Shown: positions 42,087-53,537 of the stretch, piece by piece | Layout of the letters: every line of letters starts with the position of its first letter | Numbering within the stretch: the first letter of the stretch is position 1 | NCBI GenBank assembly: GCA_000165345.1 | Contig: CM000435.1 | Location: 1,120,001 to 1,184,000 of the forward strand | Reading direction: 5' to 3' | DNA length: 64,000 bases | Position numbers and translations under genes: made by a program | Notes under the pieces: generated by a model | Told to the model about the DNA's origin: nothing | The model's input: only the letters and a program-made list of their open reading frames with translations | The model's database searches: none

Positions 42087-43868
42087 ATGTTTCGAGAAAC
42101 AAGTGTATATTCAGACACAACTAAATATACTGTGCAGATTTGTTTTGATCAACCATATTATTACAGTTCTGAGAAAATACGATGTAGCTTAAAAGTATTT
42201 TATGAAAGATTTACCCAGCAAAATGAAGCTTTGGAAAATTATGAACTGCTTGATTATATTACCATCCAACTATTTGGCTATGCTTCATTTTCTAACGAGT
42301 TGTTAAATTTTATAAATTCTAATAACAATTTCTTTGTATCATCTACAACTTCTTCGTCTTCAATCAATCAATTCATCTCCAATATATTTAACATAACTTC
42401 AAGGCTTGACAGACTGGGAATAACTGGAAGACAAGGTAACCAAAAAAACAAACCTATATTTGTAAGTAACCCACATATATTAGTAAGCGATGTAAAAATT
42501 TCTAAATCAAAAGATGAAATTGGAACCTTCACGTATAGTTGTTTTCTTCCTCCATTTATTCCTCCAACTTTTACTGGAAAACTCATTTCTTTCAATTACA
42601 CTGCCTTAGTTAGTATAGGAATTAATAACAAGATGAAACCAGATAGGCCAAATCAATTATTTAATTTTGAATTTATTCAAACATTGGGTGGAACAAACCA
42701 AGATAAAGGAAACAAATCCTTAAAAAGCACAATTCCAACTTTTCAAAAAAAGCTTAAGTTTGATATAAAATGTTTAGGGCCGCATCCAAAATCCTCGGGA
42801 CTCATTTTCTCTCCAATAAAAAGATCTGGGACATATCATCCAATTACTGCATTAAACAATAACTTTTACCATTCAATTCCTATTGACGATATTAACTCCG
42901 TAATAACTAACTCTTCTGAAAAAATTCTATCCATTGTAACAACTACACCTTATAGTAATTTTTGTGAAGTTTCTGAGATTGAATTTCTAAGTGCATCTGG
43001 TAATAATCCAAAAATTATCTTGGATCATTTGAACAGTAAATTCCAAAGAAAATCTTTCCATTTAAAAGCAATACAATCCCAGAGTGAATTAGATATTACA
43101 AAAATGAGATTTTTTGAACTCCATGATAATATTGAAATATACTCTTATCTTAATGCATGCCCAAAATCTCTTCTTGAAGTATACTGGGAAAATGAAGTTT
43201 CCATTATTCACTCACCTGAAAACTTAAAAAATGATCAAATCATTTATTCAGCTCCTCTAGACTTTAATAACTCCAATAATAATGAAATCCTTAATATTAA
43301 TTACAAAAATGAATTAGTTGCAATATGCAGAATTTCAAATTCTAATTCATGGTCTTCTTCAAACCCAATAATTGTTCACTTTGATTTCTTCAAATCATAT
43401 TGGAAATCTCAAGAAATTCATATTACACTTAAAAGGATTGAAGTAATACGTCAAAACTCTCAAGATTCTCACGGTATACAAAATCAGGTTATTATTTATA
43501 ATTATAAGAAATGTACACTTTGGGATTTGGAATTTTCTCATCAAATTAACCCTCTTTCTTCTTTCTTAATCCAATCTTTGGATTCGGATATATTCTATGT
43601 TTATTACCAGCTCTCATTTGATTTCTTTATATATAGTACTGAAAAGAAGCTTAAAAGAATTAATTTCTTGGATGTTAATAGATTCCCAAACTTGATTAAG
43701 CTATCTTGGAACTCATCTCCAATTAATTATTATGACAAATTTCAAAAACTTCAAATCCAAAATACTGATAAAATTGACAGTTTATCAAATATAAGTTCTT
43801 ATTTTCATCCTTTGTCTTCTATTCTTCCAAGCAACAATACATGTTTAACAAAATCCATTGAATTTTAG
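42087..43868 (+). CDS. Hypothetical protein (593 aa), possibly an arrestin-fold / Rgp1-like trafficking protein
   Basis: A long ORF. The N-terminal block KYTVQICFDQPYYYSSEKIRCSLKV resembles the first beta-strands of arrestin-N-like domains (hydrophobic-x-hydrophobic-D-x-P-x-Y-Y-x-G/S-E). No catalytic motif is present. Confidence 0.75.
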   Translation: MFRETSVYSDTTKYTVQICFDQPYYYSSEKIRCSLKVFYERFTQQNEALENYELLDYITIQLFGYASFSNELLNFINSNNNFFVSSTTSSSSINQFISNIFNITSRLDRLGITGRQGNQKNKPIFVSNPHILVSDVKISKSKDEIGTFTYSCFLPPFIPPTFTGKLISFNYTALVSIGINNKMKPDRPNQLFNFEFIQTLGGTNQDKGNKSLKSTIPTFQKKLKFDIKCLGPHPKSSGLIFSPIKRSGTYHPITALNNNFYHSIPIDDINSVITNSSEKILSIVTTTPYSNFCEVSEIEFLSASGNNPKIILDHLNSKFQRKSFHLKAIQSQSELDITKMRFFELHDNIEIYSYLNACPKSLLEVYWENEVSIIHSPENLKNDQIIYSAPLDFNNSNNNEILNINYKNELVAICRISNSNSWSSSNPIIVHFDFFKSYWKSQEIHITLKRIEVIRQNSQDSHGIQNQVIIYNYKKCTLWDLEFSHQINPLSSFLIQSLDSDIFYVYYQLSFDFFIYSTEKKLKRINFLDVNRFPNLIKLSWNSSPINYYDKFQKLQIQNTDKIDSLSNISSYFHPLSSILPSNNTCLTKSIEF

Positions 43869-44125
43869 TTCGGCATATAATTGTTTAATTTATTTCTAAC
43901 TATTTAATTTATCGAAATATTGTTTTTTCTTTATTATATTGAAATATTTATTTTATTTCCATTTTTAGATTTCGTATATAATTATCAACTCGGGATACCC
44001 ACAAATTGCGGGGAATTTCTGACTATTATTTTTAAAATTGACATTTTCAAAGAATCTTATTTGTTTGAATTAATTTTCCTTAATCTTGCAAGTAATGAAG
44101 CCTAATATTTAATTTTTAACTAATA

Positions 44126-47100
44126 ATGATGAATGTTTGGTCCCTTAAACGCTTTTTCTCCTCTACAGGAAGCAATATTACTTCAAGTTCAAATAGTATC
44201 GGGTATTTTGCATATAGTATCAGTTCAAAAATAATAATATTTGATATAAACTCGATGATTGATGGGAATAATGGTAACTTTATGTTGAGATCCAATACTT
44301 TCAACAGACTTGTTATTGATATTCAAGGTGAAACCAAAAACATACGAGCCTGGAAAGACTTTAAGGTAGGTAAGCCACAAGATTATGACTTTTCAAATAT
44401 GATCTATAGGGTTGGAGTCAAATCTGTATTTGTGAATGATCTTCAATGGGGTCCATATACTCAAAATAGGTGGTCAGTTCTTTTTTCTGTTCTTAATAAT
44501 GGATTAGTTCACTTATGGCTCGTTCCAAATATTGATTCATACTCGCTTCCAGGCTACTCTCCAACACCTTGTTTTGAACTAATCGATTTATTGTATAAAA
44601 GCCTAATAAATGAGACCAATTGTGAATTTTTTGAATTTGATTTTGATACCATGGAGACTGTTAAAGGAGAAATATCTCAAAATTTTTGCCATGATCTTAT
44701 GTTGAATACAGATTCCCCAATAATTCATTCTTGTATATTATCAGTTCAAATGAGTGAATTATCTTTCAAAGACAATGGACTCATTCTTTTTACGGCTTGT
44801 TGGAATGAGTTCCTTGTTATTTATGCATTTGAGATTTCTGAAAATCCCAAAGAAAGCTGTAGAGATAGCATTAACAGAATTCTAAGCAAAGATCAGGAAG
44901 ATTTATCTGTATCATTCCCAACAGTACCGAAGGTTAGTTGCAGACCATTAATTTTGACTCGAATTCCAGGTAAAAAAGTGGATGAAATAGTAACAAGTTG
45001 CTTAATTAGTGAATTTTGGTCTTTAGGTAAAGAGTTATTCTTTGAAATTTATACCGGTTCTTCGGAAGGAAAAATCCATATATTTAAGTTTTCTCTATTA
45101 GAAGAATCTGGAGTTATTAAATGTTTGGGGTATAATTTAATAAACAAAAGCTACCCCAGCGTTCCGATTGCCAAGTTATGTTACAAATCTGTTTCAAATG
45201 TTGAAAATAAGAAAGAACACACGCTTATTGCTTCAGAAGGCACAAACTTATTCTTAGGAAAAGTTGATATTGAGAAAATGAGCTGCGAAATCCTCAAACC
45301 AAATAGTGATAGCTTCATAATCAGTCACCAAATGCCTATTAAAACTGCAAAGTACATGGAGGATATTATATATAAGGGTGAATTATTTGAGACGGCATTC
45401 TTAACTGTAGATCAAAGTGGACTTGGAATTCTGCATATTGTTGATCTAGAAAACAAATCGTTCATTTCATTCCAGGCCTTCACAATGGATAAGTTAATTA
45501 GTGCCCCATCTGTTTTCCCAAGTTTGGACCAAAGCTTAGATAGCTCTAGTTATGATATAGAAGGTGCCAGTCAAAACTCAAATAAGAGCTTTTCTTTTGA
45601 GAGTTTGCAGAACGTGCCTTCAAGTATAAAGTCAATAAAAGATTCCAATGACTTTAAATTGATTTCTTTTGAGAATCCTTTGGTACCTGGACAGTTTTAC
45701 AGCTTTAATAAAAAAAGTCTCCATAATTTCTCAATCGCTGTAATTAACTCGGCAACTTTAAATACTATTCGTCTGATTATTGTCTTCAACAATTTCTCCC
45801 CGATGGATTATATCTGTAATAGAATTTCGAACCATTTCATTCATACTGAATCTCTAATTAATACATATTCTTGTTTGGGGGACGAAAAAAGTCTGGAACC
45901 ACTTTCCAGAGCAATTTCTCAAGCATTCACTTTGAACGATATTAGACTTATCCTTACAGGCCCTCTTACAATGAACAAGATTCCTCTTTTGGAGGAGATG
46001 GATGGAAAGACATCAAGGGAACCCGAGGACTCTATTCAATCAAAGGAGATGAATAGTAATGAAAATGATGGCTCAGTAAAAAATGCTGATAAGAATATTA
46101 GTTCATTTTTGAACTTCAAGCTTGGGGAGAAACTGAGTTTGAAGGCTAAAGGCGAGAATCACTCAATGAATGAAAATTCAGACGATGTTATGGATGTATT
46201 TCTCTCATTATTCTACGAAAACACACCTTCTGAACTGATTAAAGAAGCTATTTCTTATAACTTTGTTGAAGATGAATTTCCAGATGATATTATCGGGTGT
46301 TTACATATATCCAAGCCTGTCTTTTCCAACTTAATTCTGCTTATTCTCTGTTATATTGTTGAAATTGAGCCATATATACCAAAGTCTTTGGAATATATTC
46401 CCATCAGTTGTATGGATAAAAGAAGTAGTTTTGAAATCCTTATAAAGACACTAAATCAAGCAGCATCCTTTCCCAATTTTCCTCATAAAGAGCTTAATAG
46501 CTCTAGCTTTAGCAAAAAATCCATTCTATCTCTGCTTTTCAAAATCATATACTTGATTAGAATCTTAAACTCCCTGAGATGTTTGGTACTCTTGCTATAT
46601 TCTCGTTCAAACGAAACTATTGAATCCCAAGTAATTAGACGCGAGGAACAGATTTCCAGATATTTAGTCAAGCTTCAGTATTACATTCAACTTCAAATAA
46701 CTCAAGTATATCAGTTGGGTTCCATTGAAATGCAGGGCGAATCGGTTGTTCCTGCTAGATTAAAGTATATTTGGAATTGTATAAAAGAATTTGAGCCAAT
46801 TGATTTATCTCAAATTTCCCTCTCAGACAAAAATATGGAAAAATACTTTCAAGATTTGATCAATAATTCCTGTTGTTTAGTTTCAGAGTCGCCTTACAAT
46901 TTCTACCATTGCTTAAATAATCATGAGGAATTAACGAATTCTGAGACATCGAATACTAGTAGCTCAAGTTCAAGCTCTTACCCTAACTTTAAAGATGACT
47001 GTGTATCTTCAGTCCCAATTTGTCCAATTACCTTCCTTCCGATAAATGTTTTTGCCATATACAAACATCTTTCATGCAATTTTTGCGGGAAAGTAATTTT

Positions 47101-47248
47101 TGTCCCAACAGAAATGACTAATCAAGCTCGCATGCAAGATGGAAAGGGTCTGAGTTCTTCAATTTCCATTTTTGAGAAATTATGTCTTCAAGGCGAATAC
47201 TATACATGCCAGTTTTGCTTGAATGTAACTGAACTACTAGATATTTAA
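44126..47248 (+). CDS. Hypothetical protein (1040 aa), N-terminal beta-propeller-like region and C-terminal Cys-rich cluster
   Basis: A 3.1-kb ORF. The C-terminus reads CPITFLPINVFAIYKHLSCNFCGKV...YTCQFCLNV, a zinc-finger-like arrangement. The N-terminal VNDLQWGPYTQNRWSVLFSVLNNGLVHLWLVP is WD-like. The architecture resembles TFIIIC delta-N plus zf-TFIIIC subunits, but this is unverified. Confidence 0.8.
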   Translation: MMNVWSLKRFFSSTGSNITSSSNSIGYFAYSISSKIIIFDINSMIDGNNGNFMLRSNTFNRLVIDIQGETKNIRAWKDFKVGKPQDYDFSNMIYRVGVKSVFVNDLQWGPYTQNRWSVLFSVLNNGLVHLWLVPNIDSYSLPGYSPTPCFELIDLLYKSLINETNCEFFEFDFDTMETVKGEISQNFCHDLMLNTDSPIIHSCILSVQMSELSFKDNGLILFTACWNEFLVIYAFEISENPKESCRDSINRILSKDQEDLSVSFPTVPKVSCRPLILTRIPGKKVDEIVTSCLISEFWSLGKELFFEIYTGSSEGKIHIFKFSLLEESGVIKCLGYNLINKSYPSVPIAKLCYKSVSNVENKKEHTLIASEGTNLFLGKVDIEKMSCEILKPNSDSFIISHQMPIKTAKYMEDIIYKGELFETAFLTVDQSGLGILHIVDLENKSFISFQAFTMDKLISAPSVFPSLDQSLDSSSYDIEGASQNSNKSFSFESLQNVPSSIKSIKDSNDFKLISFENPLVPGQFYSFNKKSLHNFSIAVINSATLNTIRLIIVFNNFSPMDYICNRISNHFIHTESLINTYSCLGDEKSLEPLSRAISQAFTLNDIRLILTGPLTMNKIPLLEEMDGKTSREPEDSIQSKEMNSNENDGSVKNADKNISSFLNFKLGEKLSLKAKGENHSMNENSDDVMDVFLSLFYENTPSELIKEAISYNFVEDEFPDDIIGCLHISKPVFSNLILLILCYIVEIEPYIPKSLEYIPISCMDKRSSFEILIKTLNQAASFPNFPHKELNSSSFSKKSILSLLFKIIYLIRILNSLRCLVLLLYSRSNETIESQVIRREEQISRYLVKLQYYIQLQITQVYQLGSIEMQGESVVPARLKYIWNCIKEFEPIDLSQISLSDKNMEKYFQDLINNSCCLVSESPYNFYHCLNNHEELTNSETSNTSSSSSSSYPNFKDDCVSSVPICPITFLPINVFAIYKHLSCNFCGKVIFVPTEMTNQARMQDGKGLSSSISIFEKLCLQGEYYTCQFCLNVTELLDI

Positions 47249-47411
47249 TTTGAGGAATTTGTGTCTGGATATGAAACATTTTTTACGAAAATTTATATTA
47301 TTGTTACTTCTGCCATACTCTCGCATTTTGTAATTTTCATATATTTTATAATTTATTTTCTTTTCCATCAAATTTCTTTTTTCCCCAGAGTTCTGCATTG
47401 TTGATAAATTC

Positions 47412-47460
47412 CATGCATGCATACATGTGGACATGCAAATTCTGACATTTTGCATGTGGA
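47412..47460. promoter_or_regulatory. CATGCATGCATACATGTGGACATGCAAATTCTGACATTTTGCATGTGG motif cluster about 390 nt upstream of the NEK gene
   Basis: Direct read. It contains multiple GCATGC/TGCATG half-palindromes. Confidence 0.35.
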
Positions 47461-47833
47461 TAGGCCGGTATATAAAATTAGTCAAACAAAAAAAAATTAT
47501 TGCCAAAATTAATTGCAAATTAATAAGGTTTAGATTAATTAAATTATTAAAAATAATATTTCAATTTAATTAAATAAAAGTATTTATACAAAGATAAATT
47601 ATTTATATTATTGAAATTAAAAAGGCTATTGAGAAGATTGACGAATGAGGTTTTAAAGTGATATCAGAACTAAATTAATGAGTTTTACAAGTGTGTAGAG
47701 GAGAGAAAAGAAGGGAACGAGGAAGAAATAGATAAGCAGTTTCTTAAAGGATTCCAATTGAAGGCATTCAGAGGTGAAGACAGTAGCTCATGCAATTTAT
47801 GTAAAAAAAAATTAGGTAAATACCTGGGAATTA

Positions 47834-50800
47834 ATGAAACTTACAATCCCATTTCTACCACGAAATTCCTCTTTTGATTTTTTGCACAAAAACTACAGAA
47901 TCATCGAATATGTGGGAAAAGGACAGTTTGGTAATACATACAAAGTGGAGAACACTATTGATTATAAGATATGGCTAGCAAAATGTATTGATCTTTCACA
48001 GATGGACGAAGATGATAAAAAGAGGAGCCTACAAGAAGCTGAAATAATGAAGAGCATTAACCATCCTTATGTAATAAAGTGTCATGAATCATTTATACAC
48101 GACGATGTTTATTTAGTCATTATTATGGAATACTGTGAGGGGGGAGATATTGGGGCTGTAATTGACTCTTGTATATCAAAAGGTACTTATTTGCCAGAAG
48201 AAAAAATCTTATATTGGTGTGCACAGTTAGCAGCAGGGCTTTACTATTTACATAATGAATGCAGAATTATTCACAGAGACATAAAACCCTCCAATATTTT
48301 CATCAGGGAAAATGGAGACCTTGTAATTGGTGATTTTGGCATAAGCAGGATTATGCTCAGTGTAACAATGCCTTTTACTTTGACCTCAATAGGTACTCCT
48401 CAGTATATGTCACCAGAAATGTGTGAGAATAAGCCATATACATATAAGAGCGATATATGGTCATTTGGATGCGTTTTATATGAATTAACATGTCTTAAGC
48501 CACCATTTTCTGGAGATTCACTGTTATCTCTGGCTTGGAAGATCTCATTTCAAGAAATAGAGCCATTACCAAGCTGTTATTCATCAAACTTATTTAAATT
48601 AATACAAAGCTTATTATCTAGGGATCCAATTCTCCGTCCAGATCCATTGGAGATTTTGAATAACGAGTCTTTTTTAGAATTTAATCATTTATCAAAATTT
48701 TTACCAAATAAAATAGGAAATGACTTGAAAGAAGGGACAGTTGAGAAAGTAGAAGGAACTTTTAATGCTCTTTTCCAAGATAATTTGAACCAAAATAACA
48801 AGAATCAGCTTGAAATAAATTCTACAAATGACTGCAATGCTAGTCAGTTGAATACAAGGCCAAGTTCAGGTTTTAGTGCTGGAAATAATGACTCATTTAG
48901 CTTTTCTAAAGAGAGTTATTCTTTATATGAAGGAGAAGATAAGCAAAAGCGTAGTGAAGTCAATTTAATTGGTCAAAATAATATTCATAATAATTTAATC
49001 GATGGATATGAATGCTCTAAAAATTCAATTTTGCATTCAACCTCTGTCAACATTGTTACTAATTGCTCTCCAAATGAGAATTATATCCCCGAAAAAGAAA
49101 ATATTAGGGAATGTTGTGGAATCTTGACCAACTATGAGCATCAATACTTTAGTGTATTAGTCGGAAGAATACAACATCATATCTTAAGATATACAGAAAA
49201 AATGAACTTTTTATTCTGCTCAGAACAAGATGATATACTAACTGTGTTTAAAAAATGTTTCAAATCTTGTCAAAGTGACTTATACTCTTTAGACGGCTAT
49301 TTGACGCAGGAATGGTTCTCTGAGTTTGTTAATGAGCTTAACGTGGGGCTATCCGAAAATGAAGCTTCATTCTTCCTTTCATATATTGGTTATTTTATTT
49401 ACTCTGAAAACAAAGATCCCTTCTCAGAATGTAAAAAAAATGAGTCCAAGAAAAACAAAAGCAGTTATAAAATAAGACATACAAAATCTTCCGGTAGTCT
49501 GCTTTCACTGGATGTATCTAAAACTATGAGGAACATTGATTCAAAAAGTAAAGATGTTTTCCTTGGAACTGTTGAATTTAGTGAAGATACAAAACATCCA
49601 ATTCAAAACAAAGAAAACATTAAACCTAAGATTCCAAAAATATACGAATTTATTGAGAAAATTTATTCTTGGAATAAAATAAAATTAAATAAGTTTCAAG
49701 AACAAGGCGTTTTAGAGTCTACTGAAACTACAAATCTGAGATTTGAAAAGGGACCTAGCCCCTTTCCAATAAGTCCAATAATAAATTACAATAATTATAA
49801 GCAGAATATACATTCTATTAAACCTTGCTTCTATCTTTTTATTACAGACTGGATTCAGACTATATTAACTCCAATTTTAGCCATCAATAATATTACATAT
49901 AACTCAAATCAGTCTGTAAGTAGGGGAAAGAAAATTACATTAAGGCAAGGATTTCATCTTTTTGATCAGAGGACTCAGGGAACTTTATCTAGACAACATT
50001 TCAGGACTGTTTTATACTTGATTTTGCCAAAGCTAACTTCAGTACAGCTTGATTGGCTTTACGCTCTCGCACCAAAAGATTTATTTGGAAATGTCAAGTA
50101 TGAACAGTTTCTAGATTTCATTGATAATATTCAAAATTCTGGTAAAACCGTAACTGCTAATGAAAATATGAACAGAGAACATGCTTTGAATGTACCCAGG
50201 AGAAGAGATAAATCTGAGGACCTAACCAAGAAATTTAGCTTTTTTGAGAATATAGAGATTCAAATAGATAAGGAAGAGAATGATGAAAATTTGGAGAATA
50301 AAGGACAAGATCATGCTTATATAAAGGAAAAAAACACCAATAATATTCTTAATAAAATTCAATTTCAAGGAGAAAAGTTTCAAACTAACTCTGAAACTAA
50401 ATTGAAAAATAAGATAAAAAACTATATAGATGAATCAGAAAATGAGAGATTACAACATTTTGGAGAGACTGAAATAACTAATAATGGATATAATAACATT
50501 CCTATTATGCAACAAGAACTATATAGCTTTGGAATACAGGATGTCGTATTGCTTCATTACAATAGTCAAGCTTGTATGAGAAGGCCTTCTCCTTCTCCTC
50601 AACTATTATCAAGAGCAAGGAATGCTTCATTTATAAGGAGTTCCAGAAGAGGCTGTGAGCCTGAGGTAGATGGAGATAATAAAGAGAATGATTCAAAGCT
50701 TAATTTGGCAGCTAGTGAAATAGAAGTTAAACAAAAGTTTGAGAAACTCCAAAAGCAGAGCTCGGTTTCAACAGATAGTACAGGCGAACAATATCTAAAG

Positions 50801-52021
50801 ATAAGTCATATCAAGAATCAAGAGGTTAATGAAAAACAAGATTTAAATGTAAATAATGATAAAATCAGCACTTATAACTTGTGCTTAAACATTTCAAAGA
50901 GTCTGGTTGGAAGTTTAATCAAAGAACTGGAATGCTTAATTCAAAAATTACAGGTTGAAAGAATATACACGTGCTGGATTACAGCAAAAGCTTCGGAAAG
51001 TCAAAAAGAGTTGTTTGGCGAGGTATTTGAAAAACTAACAAATATTAGGCTAGATACTAGTTTGGCTTTGGATTTATTGATTTCAAATCTGGACATGATG
51101 AAAAATCCTAATCAATTCGAGTCTATTATCGAACTCGATGGTATATTAGCGATATTAAAAGAGGAGCTTCCATTACAAAGGGATGCAGTTGATTGTATAT
51201 TAAGAGTGATAGATCATATGGAACTTTCATCTGAACAAGAATCCAAGACAATTGTCGAAAGTCAACTTATCAATTCAGATGCCTCAAAGGTTTATAAGCA
51301 AATTATGAAACAAGCAATTACAAACAACATCGTATTGCCAATTTCGACTAAAAGCAAGTACAAATCTAGCAGAAGTCATGAAGGAGAAGTAGCTTCTACT
51401 CCAGTAAGATCTATAAATAGCATTAAGGAAACAGATTTTTGTAAATCCCAGCTTGATTCTAACTCAAAAGTTTTTGATTGGACTGGAAAGTTTCTAGCAT
51501 CCTTCGAATTTTTTGGAGAAGCCACAGTAAATCTAATCCAATGTGGGATAAATATATTGGAAAGCATGAGAAACTTTAGACAAGATTTTCAACTACAGGA
51601 AACAAGTCTTAAAGACTTCTCAAAACTGAACCTTCTCATAGAAAACTACAGACAATGGTCGCACTTAAAAGAGCACGTGTCTAGAGAGTGTGCCTTTGTT
51701 GCATCAATTGGAGCTAATCATGACCTAAAGAATGATATTGAGACTGCAAGAATCTTCCTAGAATTACTTGGGGCGAGAAGATTCCAAGTAAACGTTACTT
51801 GGCAGCAACAAAGTAGCACAGAAAAACAGCTATTCAGAAAATTGTTTCTTCTCGAAGAGTCTCTTTGGAATAGCCAAAGCTATCTTTCTTTAGGAGAAGA
51901 TATGCTCTCATCTAAAAAAGAGAGTGACTCTGAACTTTGGCTAATTTGTGGCGAACAAACTTGTGGAGCACTACACAGTACTTGCAACAAATTTATTAGC
52001 GAAATTCAATCACTGCTATAA
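47834..52021 (+). CDS. NIMA-related (NEK family) serine/threonine protein kinase with a roughly 1100-aa C-terminal extension
   Basis: The N-terminal kinase domain has YRIIEYVGKGQFGNTYKV, the ATP-binding Lys in WLAKCID, HRDIKPSNIFI, DFGISR and GTPQYMSPE...SDIWSFGCVLYEL. This matches the NEK subfamily. The remainder is low-complexity and coiled-coil-like. Confidence 0.9.
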   Translation: MKLTIPFLPRNSSFDFLHKNYRIIEYVGKGQFGNTYKVENTIDYKIWLAKCIDLSQMDEDDKKRSLQEAEIMKSINHPYVIKCHESFIHDDVYLVIIMEYCEGGDIGAVIDSCISKGTYLPEEKILYWCAQLAAGLYYLHNECRIIHRDIKPSNIFIRENGDLVIGDFGISRIMLSVTMPFTLTSIGTPQYMSPEMCENKPYTYKSDIWSFGCVLYELTCLKPPFSGDSLLSLAWKISFQEIEPLPSCYSSNLFKLIQSLLSRDPILRPDPLEILNNESFLEFNHLSKFLPNKIGNDLKEGTVEKVEGTFNALFQDNLNQNNKNQLEINSTNDCNASQLNTRPSSGFSAGNNDSFSFSKESYSLYEGEDKQKRSEVNLIGQNNIHNNLIDGYECSKNSILHSTSVNIVTNCSPNENYIPEKENIRECCGILTNYEHQYFSVLVGRIQHHILRYTEKMNFLFCSEQDDILTVFKKCFKSCQSDLYSLDGYLTQEWFSEFVNELNVGLSENEASFFLSYIGYFIYSENKDPFSECKKNESKKNKSSYKIRHTKSSGSLLSLDVSKTMRNIDSKSKDVFLGTVEFSEDTKHPIQNKENIKPKIPKIYEFIEKIYSWNKIKLNKFQEQGVLESTETTNLRFEKGPSPFPISPIINYNNYKQNIHSIKPCFYLFITDWIQTILTPILAINNITYNSNQSVSRGKKITLRQGFHLFDQRTQGTLSRQHFRTVLYLILPKLTSVQLDWLYALAPKDLFGNVKYEQFLDFIDNIQNSGKTVTANENMNREHALNVPRRRDKSEDLTKKFSFFENIEIQIDKEENDENLENKGQDHAYIKEKNTNNILNKIQFQGEKFQTNSETKLKNKIKNYIDESENERLQHFGETEITNNGYNNIPIMQQELYSFGIQDVVLLHYNSQACMRRPSPSPQLLSRARNASFIRSSRRGCEPEVDGDNKENDSKLNLAASEIEVKQKFEKLQKQSSVSTDSTGEQYLKISHIKNQEVNEKQDLNVNNDKISTYNLCLNISKSLVGSLIKELECLIQKLQVERIYTCWITAKASESQKELFGEVFEKLTNIRLDTSLALDLLISNLDMMKNPNQFESIIELDGILAILKEELPLQRDAVDCILRVIDHMELSSEQESKTIVESQLINSDASKVYKQIMKQAITNNIVLPISTKSKYKSSRSHEGEVASTPVRSINSIKETDFCKSQLDSNSKVFDWTGKFLASFEFFGEATVNLIQCGINILESMRNFRQDFQLQETSLKDFSKLNLLIENYRQWSHLKEHVSRECAFVASIGANHDLKNDIETARIFLELLGARRFQVNVTWQQQSSTEKQLFRKLFLLEESLWNSQSYLSLGEDMLSSKKESDSELWLICGEQTCGALHSTCNKFISEIQSLL

Positions 52022-52100
52022 TCATTAGCAAAAATAAAATTCTATTTTGCTTTTTTAATCCAAGTTAGAATATTTACCTTGAAGAAAAAAATACACGTTA

Positions 52101-52110
52101 GGCGCCAAAG
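52101..52110. promoter_or_regulatory. GGCGCCAAAG E2F-like box plus nearby ATACCGGTAT palindrome (52131-52142), about 300 nt upstream of RPS20
   Basis: Direct read: acacgttaggcgccaaagcttttaaaaaaataccggtatttttt. Confidence 0.4.
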
Positions 52111-52418
52111 CTTTTAAAAAAATACCGGTATTTTTTCTTAAATATTTATTAATAAAAAGGTATCGGTGAGACGGGATCATAATAATAATATTAATAAATA
52201 AATTAATAAATAATAAATAAAAATAAACTGGTAATTAAAAATTAATAAATTTCTATTATTAAAGGCCTGCCGCTGAAGAAATTCAAAGATTAATTATAAG
52301 TCTTGTTTTGGGATTAATACTACCAAAGAGTTTATTTTATAAATAGACGATATTTATATATACTCAAAGACAGGATTCGTTATTAGTAAGATAAAACAGA
52401 GAAAGGAGTCAGTCAAAA

Positions 52419-52802
52419 ATGTCAGCAGCTGTAATGAAGCCAACAGACAAACAATTTGGTCAGTTTAATGGAGAGCAACAACAGGCACCATTACACAAGA
52501 TCAGAATTACTCTCTCAAGTAAGAATTTGAAATCAATTGAGCGTGTATGTGCTGATTTGATCCAAAGTGCTAAACAAAAGGACTTAAAAGTAACTGGTCC
52601 AGTTAGAATGCCAGTTAAGACCTTGAGAATCACTACCAGAAAATCCCCATGTGGTGAGGGATCTAAGACCTGGGATAGATATGAAATGCGTATCTACAAG
52701 AGAGTTATCGACTTGTATTCATCAAGTGATGTTGTAAAGCAAATCACTTCAATTAACATTGATGCAGGAGTTGAGGTTGAGGTAACTATTTCTGACATTT
52801 AA
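52419..52802 (+). CDS. RPS20: 40S ribosomal protein S20 (uS10)
   Basis: The 127-aa protein has [99 protein letters not shown], nearly colinear with eukaryotic RPS20. Confidence 0.95.
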   Translation: MSAAVMKPTDKQFGQFNGEQQQAPLHKIRITLSSKNLKSIERVCADLIQSAKQKDLKVTGPVRMPVKTLRITTRKSPCGEGSKTWDRYEMRIYKRVIDLYSSSDVVKQITSINIDAGVEVEVTISDI

Positions 52803-53537
52803 GTGAGTTTAGCCTGGAAAAGAAGGTACTATTGACTTGGAGTATAATGATTAATTTTGTAATGGTATCTCTCCTTAATTTATTAAACCAAATATCCTGA
52901 TAAGAATTTTGGTTTGTCTTTTTTTGTATCTTTTACATCAGAAGAGTAATGATATATAAATACCTTAATTTATTGGTAATATATGTTTCCCCTTCTTTTC
53001 AACAGTAACCTTACTAGAGGAAAGGAGGGTATTACTTAACTATTCTGAGCTGAAAGTCAATAAAGTTTCCAATTGAGAGATAGCTTCTTTTATTCCTAGA
53101 ATTTGGTTCTTTTACTATTATTATATTTTAGAGCTATGGATCTGAGTACTATACATTCTTGGGTTAATATATTCCGGTTATATATTTATGTATTAACTAT
53201 ACATAAGTTTAAGCAATACCAAGATGGTAGCCTTTTACGTGTTCGGATCCCAGATCTATGTATATATATATATGTAGAGAGTTAATTTCGAGTCTACACT
53301 TGCTATAATATTAGAATGATTACGATAGAGAAATACATTTCTAAGAGGTAATAATCATTAGTAAACAATATATTTGTTCTTTTTTTGATGTTTTCCTTGT
53401 TTTGTTTGTTTCTTATGTCTTTTTTTTTTTTTCTCTTTGTTAGGTATCGGATATTTCACCTTGAGTCTTGAGGCGTTTTGGAGGGAAAATCTTAAAATTC
53501 TCTTTTAATTTGTTGGGATGAAAATTCATTTTCTAGT

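Noticed and set aside
52800-52810. GTGAGT donor-like hexamer immediately after the RPS20 stop codon
   Set aside because: It lies after an in-frame TAA that already yields a full-length uS10 protein. No intron is needed.
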